Both the position numbers and the translations under genes were made by a program. Source: a virus (taxonomy: Duplodnaviria; Heunggongvirae; Uroviricota; Caudoviricetes). Taken from it: a stretch of DNA of 36,785 nt. Positions 24,901 through 32,670 of the stretch are shown in pieces (the first letter of the stretch is position 1; every line of letters begins with the position of its first letter). The stretch lies in IMG/VR virus record IMGVR_UViG_3300034072_000647; one strand, written 5' to 3'. The notes beneath the pieces are model-generated. The model was not told where the DNA came from. It worked only from the letters and a program-made list of their open reading frames with translations, and made no database searches.

Positions 24901-27554
24901 CGAGTGCAAACGGATCCATCAGCTCGCTACAGGGCAGTGTGAACAGCCTGAACGGCAGCGTCAGCACGCTCCAGCAGTCGTCGTCTACGCAGGCGGGGCA
25001 AATCAGCACGTTGCAATCGACGGTGCAGACCCAAGGTTCGTCGATCAGTAGCAATGGGCAGGCGATCACGACTTTGCAGGGCAGCGTCGCCAACCTGAAC
25101 AATGTTGTATCTGCTTCGAGCAGCCCGAACCTTGTCCCTAATGGCGGGTTCGAGAACATGCTACGCGGATGGGAGCAGAACGGGACTTGGGGTGTCTACA
25201 CATGGGCATGGGGTCGTTACGCTGAAGTCAATCAGCCTTTCGGCAACACGAGCAATGACTATGTGTTTTTCTATATCACCTCGACGATATTCCCCTGCGC
25301 GCCGGGGCCGAACGGTCACGCCCAGTCGTTCGATTATGAGTTGTCCGGGGACGGCCTGATTTGTTACGGCGAAATGGTTTGGTATGATAGCAATCAAGGC
25401 TATATCACCCAGACCAAAACACCGGACCTTGGGCCGAAGGGGTTCGATCAGTCTGGCAACAGCCGCGTTCGCCACGTCCATACACCGCCGAATAACGCCT
25501 CGTGGGCGCGGAGCCGTTTTGTTGTAGCGATCCCGCCGCAGCGCGTACTGACGGGTGGTCGGGTGCGTCAGATGAAGGTCGAACTGGGTAGCACGTCCAC
25601 GCCGTATAGCGGCGAAGCGACGGCGGCGCAGATGTTCCAAGCCTACGCCGATCTGAATAGCAGCCATGCGTCGCTGGAAACGACCGTCTCCAGCCAAGGT
25701 GGCTCGATTAGCTCGCTCCAGTCTACGACCTCGACACTAAACGGCACAGTCTCCAGCCTGTCGAACACCGTGTCGGCGCAAGGTACTTCGATCAGTAACC
25801 TGCAGTCGGTTCAGGCCACGCAGGGTGGCACGATCTCGACCCTGCTGCAGCGCGTGACGGTCGGCGGCAACCTGCTCCAGAACACCGAGTTTGCCGTCGG
25901 CACCGAGGGGTGGGGTTTCTACTCCCACGATAGCGGCAATACTTCGGGTTTCACCTGGGGACGAGACGGTGCCGGCGATGACTGGCGTCCTGAAGGCGAG
26001 CATAACCTGTTCATCAATCAACAGGACAACGTCAATTGGCGTGCCGCTCAGTGGTACTCGAGCCATGTCAGCGTCGTCGGCGGCCGCTGGTACGAGGCCA
26101 GCGTCTATGCCGCCACACATCGTTGCTATTGTAACATGAAGATCGAGTGGTACGATGCCAACGGGACTAACGTGGGCGTGTCCGATGGTCCGCGCAGTGA
26201 TAGCTACCCCGGTTTCGCCCAGTCGAACGGTGGTCGGACTATCGGCAGTTACCAGCGGTTGTGGGTCAAGGCGCAAGCTCCGGCCAACGCCACCCGCGCG
26301 CTGCTGAATTGGGTCAAGCACGGAACGTCGCAGGATGGGGGGTGGAATGGTGCGACCGACAGCTGGGGTTGGATGGTCCGCCCGCAGATCGCTGAGGTCT
26401 ACAGCGACACCAATTCGCCGACAGCCTACTTCCCCGGCCGCACCTCTGCGTCGTTCACGCTTCAGCAGACCTCGATCAACAGCCTGAATGGCCAGTATTC
26501 AAGCCTGTCGCAGACGGTGGCCACGCAGGGCAGCTCGATCAGCAGCCAAGCGACGTCGATCTCGAACCTTGAGGGTACGCAAGCCAGCTTGTCGCAGACG
26601 GTCCAGTCGCAGGGTAGCTCGATCAGCACGTTGCAGACGGCAACCTCCAACCTGCAAGGCGACACCGCAACCCTGCGCACCCAGGTCACCTCGGGGAACC
26701 CGAACTTGCTGCGGAACGGCGGTTTTGAGCTGGGGAATCTAGACTACTGGAGTGCCTACAACGCGTCGTTCAGCACTTATGGCGGCACGGACACTTGGGG
26801 GACTTATGCCGTCAACGGCAATAACGTGCCGGACAATAGCTGGACCTATATTGAAAGTAACCCCGTCAATATCGAGCGGGATTGGTACACGCTCACTTGT
26901 GACGTCGGGTACTTTTTGTCTGGAACTGGCCACACCTATCTGGAACTGATCTGGCTCAATAGCTCTGGCGGCTACCTAGCCACCTCTGGCGGCCCGGCGA
27001 TTTCTCCGGGGCGCAACTTCAGTTCAGATGGCTCGACCCGTCGGGATCTGAAAGTGACTGCATTTGCCCCGGAGGGCGCGGCTAAGGTTCAGGCCCGGAT
27101 CATCTGGTACAAGGGCAGCGGCACTGCGCAGAGCATGCACGTTCGTCAGGTGAAGCTGGAGCGCGGTCAGAATGCCACGCCGTATACTGCCGAGGCCTCT
27201 GCACGTCAGAGCTTCGAGATGGTCAACACGCTGAACGGTCAATACGCCTCGCTCAACAGCACCGTGTCGACGCAGGGCGTTAGCATTAGTCAAAATATAA
27301 CGGCTATTAGCACTGCTCAAAATGGTGTAAATACATTAATGGGTAAGGCGGGTATAACTTTGGATGTTAATGGCTATATAACAGGTTGGGCTCTTAATAA
27401 CAATGGATCATCTGGAAACATGGTTATTAATGCAGATAGCTTTTCTATTGTTAAGCCTGGTGGAGGAGCAAGAACTGAGTATAATAACGGGGCTTGGAAA
27501 GTATTTGACGCCTCAGGAATAAAAAGAGTACAACTAGGTAATCTAGATGCTTAA
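21981..27554 (+). CDS. Long modular tail fibre/adhesin: coiled-coil linkers, six carbohydrate-binding-like domains and a J-like C-terminal domain
   Basis: Start ATG at 21981 or 21984 (TAATG overlap, AAGGA upstream). Six NL(I/L/V)xNxxF...W-type domains; C-terminal NGYITGW...NADSFSI. Confidence 0.82.
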   Translation: MMAKTYYSPFFPLPEVGGAKGSTIPIVTPGTVQDIIDKTEQLQQSDSVTGEKLSQLESDIINSNIAINNANLLINSLESSVSADFSEVNDALSSLNGEVDTVQGNITSLQGTTSAIQQSVGTLQQDMAGAQASLSSLQTFANSAGNDLATLNSSVSTLQAQANSLQQSVNNVTSDLGNAVGRITAAEGEVDALQTLTATQGGQISSNAVAISNVEGSLSALQTRVSAGRVNILEFGSFELGMVGWQNPGPYNWNFGYGFDWGSIALLIAPANGTYVLESKPFNIRAGNSYTISADTVLYADGGVVYVDMIYYDANGQVVLDGPQNPRGHGHDFSNNSADRGLVAVSSTAPANAATATARFVVSGVVNCQYAGVRQIKVENGFEWSNYTDEATVVNRATALQTAEGQIASLTTRVGTAEASITTNATAVTNAQGSIATLETTVSSQGGSITSLQSSVSDINGTVSTLSQTVSSQGGSITSLQTAVSTAEGNLSSLTTRVDTGSKPNLIVNGDFANGLNNWVYTHNGWYSTLSGSWGQVAGNQSLGTLGGQTHTYLETEDIPVYGGVNHTVSFETSCNVSDPAAYTYGEIVYWDAANNVVGQFNGPMRAAGGDFSQDNSARKAQTFTSLSPAGSVRARVRVVLNRMNGNIIHFHVRQVKLETGASASPFNSAASVVQQWKSFNDLNSSFASLSTTVSSQGGSISTLQQSYTNLNGTVSSHTTTINTHNANIQTLQTATSTLQGDTATLKTQVSAGAGNLLPNTDFATGAQGWLTYHNGVGAFVSGRDILGDNWRPPNEHVYVLGQGDANAGYYASFFIDQYIPVEAGKWYEWSGYIGAHRCGGNILVQFFDSNNTNIANHYGTGYGPGSYSGYAIGQYARPYLKMQTPAGAVSCRMVFEKAATSSGNDSYLVILRPQMKEVFETSVSPAAYTIGGAGAVLSQQATALSTLNSSFASLETRVSSAEGSVTSLSQSMTSANGSISSLQGSVNSLNGSVSTLQQSSSTQAGQISTLQSTVQTQGSSISSNGQAITTLQGSVANLNNVVSASSSPNLVPNGGFENMLRGWEQNGTWGVYTWAWGRYAEVNQPFGNTSNDYVFFYITSTIFPCAPGPNGHAQSFDYELSGDGLICYGEMVWYDSNQGYITQTKTPDLGPKGFDQSGNSRVRHVHTPPNNASWARSRFVVAIPPQRVLTGGRVRQMKVELGSTSTPYSGEATAAQMFQAYADLNSSHASLETTVSSQGGSISSLQSTTSTLNGTVSSLSNTVSAQGTSISNLQSVQATQGGTISTLLQRVTVGGNLLQNTEFAVGTEGWGFYSHDSGNTSGFTWGRDGAGDDWRPEGEHNLFINQQDNVNWRAAQWYSSHVSVVGGRWYEASVYAATHRCYCNMKIEWYDANGTNVGVSDGPRSDSYPGFAQSNGGRTIGSYQRLWVKAQAPANATRALLNWVKHGTSQDGGWNGATDSWGWMVRPQIAEVYSDTNSPTAYFPGRTSASFTLQQTSINSLNGQYSSLSQTVATQGSSISSQATSISNLEGTQASLSQTVQSQGSSISTLQTATSNLQGDTATLRTQVTSGNPNLLRNGGFELGNLDYWSAYNASFSTYGGTDTWGTYAVNGNNVPDNSWTYIESNPVNIERDWYTLTCDVGYFLSGTGHTYLELIWLNSSGGYLATSGGPAISPGRNFSSDGSTRRDLKVTAFAPEGAAKVQARIIWYKGSGTAQSMHVRQVKLERGQNATPYTAEASARQSFEMVNTLNGQYASLNSTVSTQGVSISQNITAISTAQNGVNTLMGKAGITLDVNGYITGWALNNNGSSGNMVINADSFSIVKPGGGARTEYNNGAWKVFDASGIKRVQLGNLDA
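22215..27280. other. GC-rich in-frame block inside the tail fibre gene (probable horizontal domain swap)
   Basis: Hand counts: 17/60 G+C at 22141-22200 versus 41/60 at 23221-23280 and 32/60 at 25201-25260. Codon style switches from CTA/ATA/AGA/GTA to CTG/TCG/ACG/GGC. Boundaries are approximate. Confidence 0.85.
23301..23419 (+). repeat. 35-nt exact direct repeat (23301-23335 and 23385-23419; 84-nt period) with a 20-nt third copy at 24057-24076
   Basis: ACGGTCTCGTCGCAGGGCGGCTCGATCACCTCGCT read at both positions; encodes TVSSQGGSITSL in heptad linkers. Confidence 0.85.
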
Positions 27555-27587
27555 GGGTTAAACCCAAGTAAAAGGAGTAATTTTAAA

Positions 27588-27920
27588 ATGCCAACACAAG
27601 AAGAAATTAACAATGCATATAATCTCATCTACAACGAAGAGAAGAGGTTAACTACAGAACTTTTGGAAAAGCTAGATGCTTTTAAAGACTACATTAACTC
27701 TATTAATGGGGCGATCCCTTCACAAGCAAGCGGGTCTATTCTTAAAAACTTTCTTAATCAGGTAAACATGGCCCATGACGGCTTCAAGTTTTCTTATGAT
27801 AATTTGAAGAATACTTATGGGTTGAATGCTAATACAACTACGCCACTAGCATATGTTGACTCTGCAAACAACACCGAATCTAATACAGTAGCGCTTTCAA
27901 GTGATACTGGTCAGGTTTAA
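27588..27920 (+). CDS. Hypothetical helical protein after the fibre gene
   Basis: SD AAGGAG, 110 aa, no motif recognised. Confidence 0.6.
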   Translation: MPTQEEINNAYNLIYNEEKRLTTELLEKLDAFKDYINSINGAIPSQASGSILKNFLNQVNMAHDGFKFSYDNLKNTYGLNANTTTPLAYVDSANNTESNTVALSSDTGQV

Positions 27921-28338
27921 AGAAACTTTCCGAGAGAGAGCGCCTGAATGGGCGCTCTCAGCCGGATTATTAGCTTGGGGCCTGCTAGCTCTAAGCGCTC
28001 CCGGTCTCTTTCAAGAGCAAGTATTTTTCCATCCACTACTTAGAATAATGTCACAAGACTGGTGGGGTGCGATAGCTCTGATTATAGGTAGCGTACGATT
28101 AGTATTTCTAGTTATTAATGGAGCATGGAGACCCTCTGCACACATAAGAGCAGTAGGGGCTTTTGCCGGATCCATGATCTGGACCGTACTCCTTATAGCA
28201 GCCTTTAGTCTAGAGTGGGTAACTCCAACCGCAGCATTATATTCCTTGCTTCTATCCTTAGATATGTTATCTCTTTGGTTCGCTGCAGGAGATGCAAAGC
28301 TGGCCGATTTAGAAGCCAAGAGAAGAAAGGTAATCTAA
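27901..28338 (+). CDS. Multi-pass membrane protein, putative holin
   Basis: About four hydrophobic segments, basic C-terminus (KRRKVI), upstream of the endolysin. Confidence 0.5.
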   Translation: MILVRFKETFRERAPEWALSAGLLAWGLLALSAPGLFQEQVFFHPLLRIMSQDWWGAIALIIGSVRLVFLVINGAWRPSAHIRAVGAFAGSMIWTVLLIAAFSLEWVTPTAALYSLLLSLDMLSLWFAAGDAKLADLEAKRRKVI

Positions 28339-28339
28339 A

Positions 28340-28714
28340 ATGGATGCGAGTTCACTACCAGTATGGGCACAGACGGCGGGAACAATAGCTATAGCTATAG
28401 TGGCCGCCGTCATTGGTGTACTTAGATATATAAAGACCCAACCAAAAGACACCGCAAGTAAAGATACAGCCACTGTTGTTAGTGCCAGCTTCTTAGACTC
28501 AAAGCTAGTAAAAGAATTAATAGAAGCTCTCAGAGAGCATCAAGAAGAATCCGGTAGAGATATTAAGAGAATTCTGCGATCCGTTCAGGATCTTCGAGAT
28601 GCCGTATTGGAAAATACAGAAGCTCTAGTAGTTCAAACTGATACCTCTGCCAATATGTTGAGGTTTATCACTCGATTAACTAGATTGGAGAATAATCATG
28701 ACAAAATTAGCTAA
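28340..28714 (+). CDS. Single N-terminal TM plus coiled-coil protein (holin, antiholin or i-spanin-like)
   Basis: TAGTIAIAIVAAVIGVL followed by a charged helical region; within the lysis cassette. Confidence 0.45.
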   Translation: MDASSLPVWAQTAGTIAIAIVAAVIGVLRYIKTQPKDTASKDTATVVSASFLDSKLVKELIEALREHQEESGRDIKRILRSVQDLRDAVLENTEALVVQTDTSANMLRFITRLTRLENNHDKIS

Positions 28715-29327
28715 ACCAGCCGCCTTTTTCGATAGCATTAGAAAGGGAAACCTCCTAGGTCCCGCCCTTACTACTGATGAAGTTAAAGGCTGCGAAGCCA
28801 TTCTAAAAGCCTGCGGCAATGCCAACTGGCCTGTAGGGTGGACAGCCTATGCACTGGCAACAGCTTATCACGAAACGGCTCATACTATGCAACCAATTAA
28901 AGAACTAGGAGGTACTGCCTATTTCATCAGAATGTATGACATTAAGGGAAATAGACCAACCCTAGCAAAAGCACACGGTAATACTACCCCAGGCGACGGA
29001 GCAAAGTATTTCGGTAGGGGCTATGTTCAGCTTACATGGAAAGACAACTATGCCAAGGCTGAGAAATTAGTCCCTATCCCAGGGCTGGTAGCGAACCCGG
29101 ACTTGGCACTAACTGTAGATAATGCCTCGAAAATAATGATTAGAGGAATGTCAGAGGGCTGGTTCACGGGTAAATCCTGTGGAACCTATATGTCTAAGAC
29201 AGGACCTGCTACCACTGCACAGTTCACAAATGCTCGTAGAATTATAAACGGCGTAGATAAGAATACAACGATAGCAGAATATGCTAATCAATTTCAGGCC
29301 GCCCTGCTTATCGGAGGGTGGGCATAA
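28698..29327 (+). CDS. Endolysin, glycoside hydrolase family 19
   Basis: LATAYHET, YFGRGYVQLTW.DNY and ARRIING motifs. Confidence 0.9.
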   Translation: MTKLAKPAAFFDSIRKGNLLGPALTTDEVKGCEAILKACGNANWPVGWTAYALATAYHETAHTMQPIKELGGTAYFIRMYDIKGNRPTLAKAHGNTTPGDGAKYFGRGYVQLTWKDNYAKAEKLVPIPGLVANPDLALTVDNASKIMIRGMSEGWFTGKSCGTYMSKTGPATTAQFTNARRIINGVDKNTTIAEYANQFQAALLIGGWA

Positions 29328-29331
29328 ATAA

Positions 29332-29364
29332 AGCCCCGTAACTTGCGTTACGGGGCTATTTTTA
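29332..29364. terminator. Bidirectional intrinsic terminator between the convergent operons
   Basis: AGCCCCGTAAC-TTGC-GTTACGGGGCT (11 bp), ATTTTT to the right and an A-rich tract to the left. Confidence 0.88.
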
Positions 29365-29760
29365 TTTCAGGTCAATCTCTTCGCGAGTTTCCTTAACCGT
29401 AATTGGTATCACGTTAGTTCCAAGCCTAAACTTGATTAGAGTCTTAGCTTCTCCAGGCTCTTCCCCTTCGGGAGTAACTATAGCTTGTCTATAGATAATA
29501 CCATCCCTAGGAATAGTAATGCGTCTAGCATTAACTCCCGGAATATTCAACTCGAAATTCAACCTAGGTACTACGGATTTAATTACATCGTAGCTATTTT
29601 CTACATAAACACTGGTGATACCTTCCCCAATATCAAAGAAAATCCCACATTTAGTGTTAGGTCTATCTTCCAGCGACCCTTCCGCCACCTCTTCAAAGGC
29701 TAGAATAGACTCGGGCATGATATCTACGTAACCTTGGTTCTCAATTTTTAAACTTAACAT
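29362..29760 (-). CDS. Hypothetical protein with two tandem FlbD-like beta domains
   Basis: SD AAGGAG; both halves end in V.E(N/T)(S/R)...I and resemble each other in hydrophobic spacing. Confidence 0.45.
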   Translation of the reverse strand: MLSLKIENQGYVDIMPESILAFEEVAEGSLEDRPNTKCGIFFDIGEGITSVYVENSYDVIKSVVPRLNFELNIPGVNARRITIPRDGIIYRQAIVTPEGEEPGEAKTLIKFRLGTNVIPITVKETREEIDLK

Positions 29761-29769
29761 CGCTACTCC

Positions 29770-31734
29770 TTATTTAATAGGGCAAGCGCCTGTAGCGCAT
29801 TCTTCGCCCTGAATTTCATCAAAGCTATCGGCGTTCTCTAGATTAACTGGCAACAGTGTGGCAACATACTTTTCGTATGTTTCCTTAGAGACTACTTCCT
29901 GAGGCAAGAATAAATATCCTAAGTCAGCCGCGGTCTTAGTAGGGTCGGCCCTGTAAAGGAACGACACGCCAACGTAAATATCCCAATTATGGAGTAGCCA
30001 ATCAATAATTTCTGGAACTTCTTCGGGACTATAACTGATAGTAACCGAAGTATTCTGCTGCGTCCAGTTAGTCTGAAGAAGCTTATACTTCTCTAGCTGA
30101 TCGACAGCACTATCTAGATTAACCTCTAGACCGTTCACCTTGTGGAACGGCACGTCTTCCCATACGACCGGGAATGTGATTAGTACTGCGTCAGGGTCTG
30201 TAGGGTGATTAACTACCTTATACTTAGCTGCCTTCATCCTCTCGACAATAGGATCATGCTTACCGAAAGTAACATTATTGAAAATGTACTTACCTAACGG
30301 CTTGTGAACGCCTTCAGTAGTATCCATAATCTTGGACAGTGTTCCGCTTGGCTTAACGCAGGTAACGTTCTTAGGGTACGGTAAGCCGAGTTCCTCGGCC
30401 ATGCTAATCGCAGAAGCTGTAGCTGTACGCTTTAGATATTCGTACTCATAAGACCCCATATCCGGACGCTTAGCAATACCCGTGAGACCAACACCGCAGA
30501 GGCGTAGGAACTCATTGTTAAGGTGCCACGCTTCCTGTAGGATGCCGTCGTTAAGATTTACACAGGTCTGACGATAGTTCGCTCTAGCGGCCAATCTCGT
30601 AGCATAGTGAAGACCTGCATTATCTCCCTTAAACTTACCGAGGTCGATCTCTGTGAGATTACAGAAAGATTTGTTTCCAAGCAAGATTTCGACACAAGGA
30701 TTACATCCCTTGAACCATGGTGCTCTACGAAGCGCTTCGGCGCCATTAATGAAGCCAGGTTCTGATCCCCCCGCTTCCTGCATGAGTTGGAAGATATGCT
30801 CAAGGTCTGCACGCTCCGGCCTATCGTTAAATACTAGAGAGTTATTAGACTGGGTTCTGTGCTCATTATCGTGAAGCCAGAAATCCTTCTTAGCAATAGC
30901 GAACTCTTCCCATTCTGGCTGACCATACTCGAAAAGAGCAATTTCAGCAGAACGACGAGAACTAAGAATAGTTCCCAGCCAGTTCACAATATCCAGAATA
31001 TCCATTCTAGAGAGAAGGCTATCCGCGCGACCATTGAGAATATTAGCAATAGCTACGTAGGCCTTGCTAATTGCACCATCTCCAGAACTAATCCAGCCAT
31101 AACCCTTTAGACGTTCACCAGCAGGACGGAGTTCAGAAAAGTCCAGTACCAATGTATTGGCTGGATACTTACCTGCGATTAGCTTGCCAATGGACTTAGC
31201 CCACGCTTCGGCGCTATCACCTACGCGAATTGTCCAAGTCTTGGTATCCGCATCCCAAATCTCGGTATTTGTCTCTTTGCCGCCCTTTACAGTGCGTGTG
31301 CTGTTAATAACCTTGATATTCTTGATCGGCTTAGAAAAGCCGTTCAAAGTACCGACTACAGGCCTAAAGCCTACACCGCAACCCTGAAGAAGAAGCCACA
31401 GAACGTCAACAATATCATAAGCTGTTTCAACGTTAGTAAAGCTACAGTTAAACTGACTGGCTTCACGGTTCTTAGATACGCTGGTTCCTCCTAGCCAAAG
31501 AGTACGTCCTGACATGGAGATCTTACGAGCCAGCATCAACTGCTCTAAGTCGTAAAGCTCCGCATACTCAAGGTCTGTAAGGTCTCTACCTGCTGCTCGC
31601 TCCCAAAGCCACTCTTGGTGGCCGATAACTCTTGAGACTGTTTCCGGCCATGTCTCAAATACTTTTCCACTTTCATCGAGAGGTCTGTTGTACGTTCTAC
31701 GCGTTATAATTTGTGCTCTTGTGCTTACTGTCAT
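29770..31734 (-). CDS. nrdJ: Class II (adenosylcobalamin-dependent) ribonucleotide reductase
   Basis: FNCSF, NPCVEI, TCVKPSGT and C-terminal CATGACPIK redox pair; monomeric RTPR-type N-terminus (RRTYNRP); no intein seen. Confidence 0.92.
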   Translation of the reverse strand: MTVSTRAQIITRRTYNRPLDESGKVFETWPETVSRVIGHQEWLWERAAGRDLTDLEYAELYDLEQLMLARKISMSGRTLWLGGTSVSKNREASQFNCSFTNVETAYDIVDVLWLLLQGCGVGFRPVVGTLNGFSKPIKNIKVINSTRTVKGGKETNTEIWDADTKTWTIRVGDSAEAWAKSIGKLIAGKYPANTLVLDFSELRPAGERLKGYGWISSGDGAISKAYVAIANILNGRADSLLSRMDILDIVNWLGTILSSRRSAEIALFEYGQPEWEEFAIAKKDFWLHDNEHRTQSNNSLVFNDRPERADLEHIFQLMQEAGGSEPGFINGAEALRRAPWFKGCNPCVEILLGNKSFCNLTEIDLGKFKGDNAGLHYATRLAARANYRQTCVNLNDGILQEAWHLNNEFLRLCGVGLTGIAKRPDMGSYEYEYLKRTATASAISMAEELGLPYPKNVTCVKPSGTLSKIMDTTEGVHKPLGKYIFNNVTFGKHDPIVERMKAAKYKVVNHPTDPDAVLITFPVVWEDVPFHKVNGLEVNLDSAVDQLEKYKLLQTNWTQQNTSVTISYSPEEVPEIIDWLLHNWDIYVGVSFLYRADPTKTAADLGYLFLPQEVVSKETYEKYVATLLPVNLENADSFDEIQGEECATGACPIK

Positions 31735-31822
31735 TTGCTTCCTTTTTAGCTTGAGACTCTAGTCTCTTTAATTTCTCTTGGTATAGGCGTTCATGCTCTT
31801 CGGCACTAACTAATTTTACCAT
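31697..31822 (-). CDS. Candidate 41-aa charged helical protein (MVKLVSAEEHERLYQEKLKRLESQAKKEANDSKHKSTNYNA)
   Basis: ATG overlaps the flap-endonuclease stop (TAATG); fills the gap to nrdJ and overlaps its start by 38 nt. Not in the ORF track. Confidence 0.4.
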   Translation of the reverse strand: MVKLVSAEEHERLYQEKLKRLESQAKKEANDSKHKSTNYNA

Positions 31823-32670
31823 TATGTAAACTCCAAATCGTGTTCTCGCTTATCGTTCATGATAAGTCTGCGACCTAAATCAGCAACATTTTCTCGTCCA
31901 ATAGCTTCCTCGCAGTAAGTAAGCAAGTCCATTAGCTCATGATTCATTAAAATCTGATCGCGACACTGATTAAGGTTCTGGATGTACTTATACTTACTGT
32001 CAATAGGTATAGCATCGCAAATATCTAAAGCACTTCCGTAAGTGTCGATCAGTTGCTTAGCTTTAACAGGACCTACTCCAGGCACTCCAGGAACGTTATC
32101 GCCCTTATCGCCCATAAGGCACTTTAAGCACAGATACTGTTCCGGAGTAACATCGTAAGGCCATGTATCGAGAGTAATCTCCTGCCTAGTGACAGTACTG
32201 AAGCGGCTTACATCTTCGTTAATCAGAAGATCCCAGTCTCGGTCGGAACTGATTAGCCATATCTTCTCGAAGCCATATAGTTTTCTCTTGGCTACTATGT
32301 ATGCGGCGAGGTCGTCAGCTTCGACTCCGGGGTATCGAAGTACCAGGTACTTCTTTTCCAACGCTTCGAGTACGCGCTCATACTCGTCGAAAAATTCCTT
32401 AGACTCTTTCTTTTCCTGAGCCGTTTGAGCGTCTGCAAGCTCCTTCCGATTCTCTTTATATGCAGGGTAGATCTCTTTTCGATACGTCGAACCCTTCATA
32501 TCTGCAGCGATGATAATTTGCCCACAATCATATGACCGGGCCAGCGAACTCACCGTGCCGAGATAGTCTTGCACGAAATTTTTTGCTTTTTGGTGTTTCC
32601 AACGGAACGCGACGTTCATGGCGTCGACAATCATAACATTGGTCACGGGCATTTCTTTTACAAAAGCCAT
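31822..32670 (-). CDS. 5'-3' exonuclease/flap endonuclease (T5 D15-like)
   Basis: IVDAMNVAFR, YKENRK, GVEADD, SSDRDWD, LMGDKGDNVPGVPGVG motifs; ATG 32670 has a purine-rich SD. Confidence 0.92.
   Translation of the reverse strand: MAFVKEMPVTNVMIVDAMNVAFRWKHQKAKNFVQDYLGTVSSLARSYDCGQIIIAADMKGSTYRKEIYPAYKENRKELADAQTAQEKKESKEFFDEYERVLEALEKKYLVLRYPGVEADDLAAYIVAKRKLYGFEKIWLISSDRDWDLLINEDVSRFSTVTRQEITLDTWPYDVTPEQYLCLKCLMGDKGDNVPGVPGVGPVKAKQLIDTYGSALDICDAIPIDSKYKYIQNLNQCRDQILMNHELMDLLTYCEEAIGRENVADLGRRLIMNDKREHDLEFT

Noticed and set aside
22215-26321. Long antisense and alternate-frame ORFs (488, 257, 194 and 178 aa) over the fibre gene
   Set aside because: Expected shadows of high-GC3 coding DNA; concentrated in the GC-rich block, with no SD or recognisable motifs.
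21981-27554. Diversity-generating retroelement or invertase-driven fibre switching
   Set aside because: No reverse transcriptase, template/variable repeat pair with adenine-specific mismatches, recombinase or inverted crossover sites seen in this window.
27588-27920. Possible WXG100-like helical hairpin
   Set aside because: Size and helicity fit, but the central WxG motif is absent.
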